600 bases of DNA from Escherichia coli (GTDB taxonomy: Bacteria > Pseudomonadota > Gammaproteobacteria > Enterobacterales > Enterobacteriaceae): the NCBI RefSeq assembly GCF_003334785.1, contig NZ_QOWV01000081.1. One strand, written 5' to 3'. Positions 1 through 600 of the stretch are shown piece by piece (the first letter of the stretch is position 1; each line of letters starts with the position of its first letter). The translations under genes were made by a program, and so were the position numbers. Below the pieces are notes generated by a model, which worked only from the letters and a program-made list of their open reading frames with translations, was not told the origin of the DNA and did no database searches.

Positions 1-600
1 CCCTCATCCTCGCTGCGGATAAGTTTGCCGGTCAGGTCGTGGTGATAACGCTGTGTGCGGCCGTCAAAGCCGGTTTCCTGTATCAGCCGGTCAAGTACAT
101 CGTAACGGAAGGTGGTGTGGCTGCCGTTTTCACTGGTCAGGCGGATGACCCGTCCGGCAGCATCGTATTCCATACTGCGCGTCAGCCCGCCCTGCGTGGT
201 ACGGACGGCCTTTCCCCACGCATCGTACTGTGTCCCGTTTCTGCTGCCGTCCGGGGCAATGACGGCGGTCAGGTCACCGGCGATGTTGTATTCATACCGC
301 GTTTCATGGCCCTGCGTGTCTTTCACGGCAATTAACTGTCCACGGCTGTCGTATGCGCGGTACTGACTCAGCCCTTCCTCGCGGTGCACCGCCGTCATCT
401 GCTCGAAGCGGTCATGGTCATAACGGGTTACATAACCGGAACAGTCGGTGAAGCTCAGCAACTGACCGTAACGGCTCCACGTCATGGTTTTCCGGCTGCC
501 GGTGGCATCTTCCGTTGCGCAGGGTAAGTCACTGTGTGGATTATCATAACGGTAGCGGGTGATATCGCCGTCAGGGGCAGTTTCCTGAATCAGACGGCCC
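1..600 (-). CDS. Rhs-family YD-repeat core protein (polymorphic toxin shell), internal fragment; partial at both the 5' and 3' ends
   Basis: Seen in sequence: the reverse-complement frame with codons 599..597 down to 5..3 is open across the whole window (199 codons, no stop). Its translation carries YD dipeptides at about 21-residue spacing within motifs such as RYRYD, YRAYDSRGQLIAV, YEYNIAGDLTAV, MEYDAAGRVIRL, FRYDVLDRLIQE and RYHHDLTGKLI, matching the Rhs/YD-repeat consensus (roughly xRYxYDxxGRL). Established knowledge: this pattern defines Rhs/YD-repeat proteins (Pfam RHS_repeat PF05593, TIGR01643). From memory the residue string looks like the E. coli rhsA/B/C/D-type core, but I cannot assign a paralog or species without an alignment, so the gene symbol is left blank. 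No start or stop codon lies in the window, so the true gene extends beyond both edges. Confidence 0.93.

Noticed and set aside
99-227. Recurring ATCGTA (CATCGTA) hexamers on the plus strand at 99..104, 162..167 and 222..227, at roughly 60-nt spacing, which could be mistaken for a repeated regulatory site or CRISPR-like array
   Set aside because: They are the reverse complement of TAC-GAT (Tyr-Asp) codons of successive YD repeats. The periodicity is at protein level, the intervening sequence is not conserved, and there are no direct repeats with unique spacers.
39-335. Plus-strand ORF of 98 aa from the supplied track (MVITLCAAVKAGFLYQ...)
   Set aside because: It lies fully antisense to a high-confidence Rhs core frame. 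The translation has no recognisable motif, and long stop-free antisense frames are expected in GC-rich coding DNA. No ribosome-binding site or other support is evident.
112-366. Plus-strand ORF of 84 aa from the supplied track (MVWLPFSLVRRMTRPAAS...)
   Set aside because: Same reasoning: it is antisense to the Rhs frame and overlaps the other spurious ORF in a different frame. It is a compositional artefact, not a gene.
492-502. Short palindrome CCGGC-T-GCCGG, a possible hairpin or terminator
   Set aside because: The stem is only 5 bp with a 1-nt loop, which is sterically implausible. There is no following T-tract, and it sits mid-codon inside the ORF. It is most likely chance in GC-rich sequence.
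1-600. A novel or undescribed system within the window itself
   Set aside because: Every base is accounted for by conserved Rhs core coding sequence. Any novelty would be in the toxin tip or immunity gene outside the window, so claiming it here would be unsupported.
1-600. Assignment to a specific paralog such as rhsA, rhsB, rhsC or rhsD
   Set aside because: Core sequences of Rhs paralogs differ by only a few percent within a subfamily. Without an alignment I cannot distinguish them or confirm the species, so the gene symbol is left blank.

Overview
The whole 600-bp window is the interior of one gene on the minus strand, open at both ends, encoding 199 residues of an Rhs-family YD-repeat core protein (polymorphic toxin shell). 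I translated the reverse complement by hand: codons run 599..597 down to 5..3 with no stop codon, giving GRLIQETAPDGDITRYRYDNPHSDLPCATEDATGSRKTMTWSRYGQLLSFTDCSGYVTRYDHDRFEQMTAVHREEGLSQYRAYDSRGQLIAVKDTQGHETRYEYNIAGDLTAVIAPDGSRNGTQYDAWGKAVRTTQGGLTRSMEYDAAGRVIRLTSENGSHTTFRYDVLDRLIQETGFDGRTQRYHHDLTGKLIRSEDE. YD dipeptides recur about every 21 residues (63 nt) inside xRYxYDxxGRLI-type units, which is the Rhs/YD-repeat signature, and the sequence closely resembles enterobacterial (E. coli-type) Rhs core as I remember it. The two plus-strand ORFs in the supplied track are antisense artefacts of this GC-rich gene; the track missed the real frame because it has neither start nor stop inside the window. 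I see no RNA gene, CRISPR array, mobile-element end, promoter or terminator. I do not see a novel system in this window: it is conserved Rhs core. Any novelty would sit in the variable C-terminal toxin tip and immunity gene, which lie beyond position 1 (downstream on the minus strand) and are not visible here.
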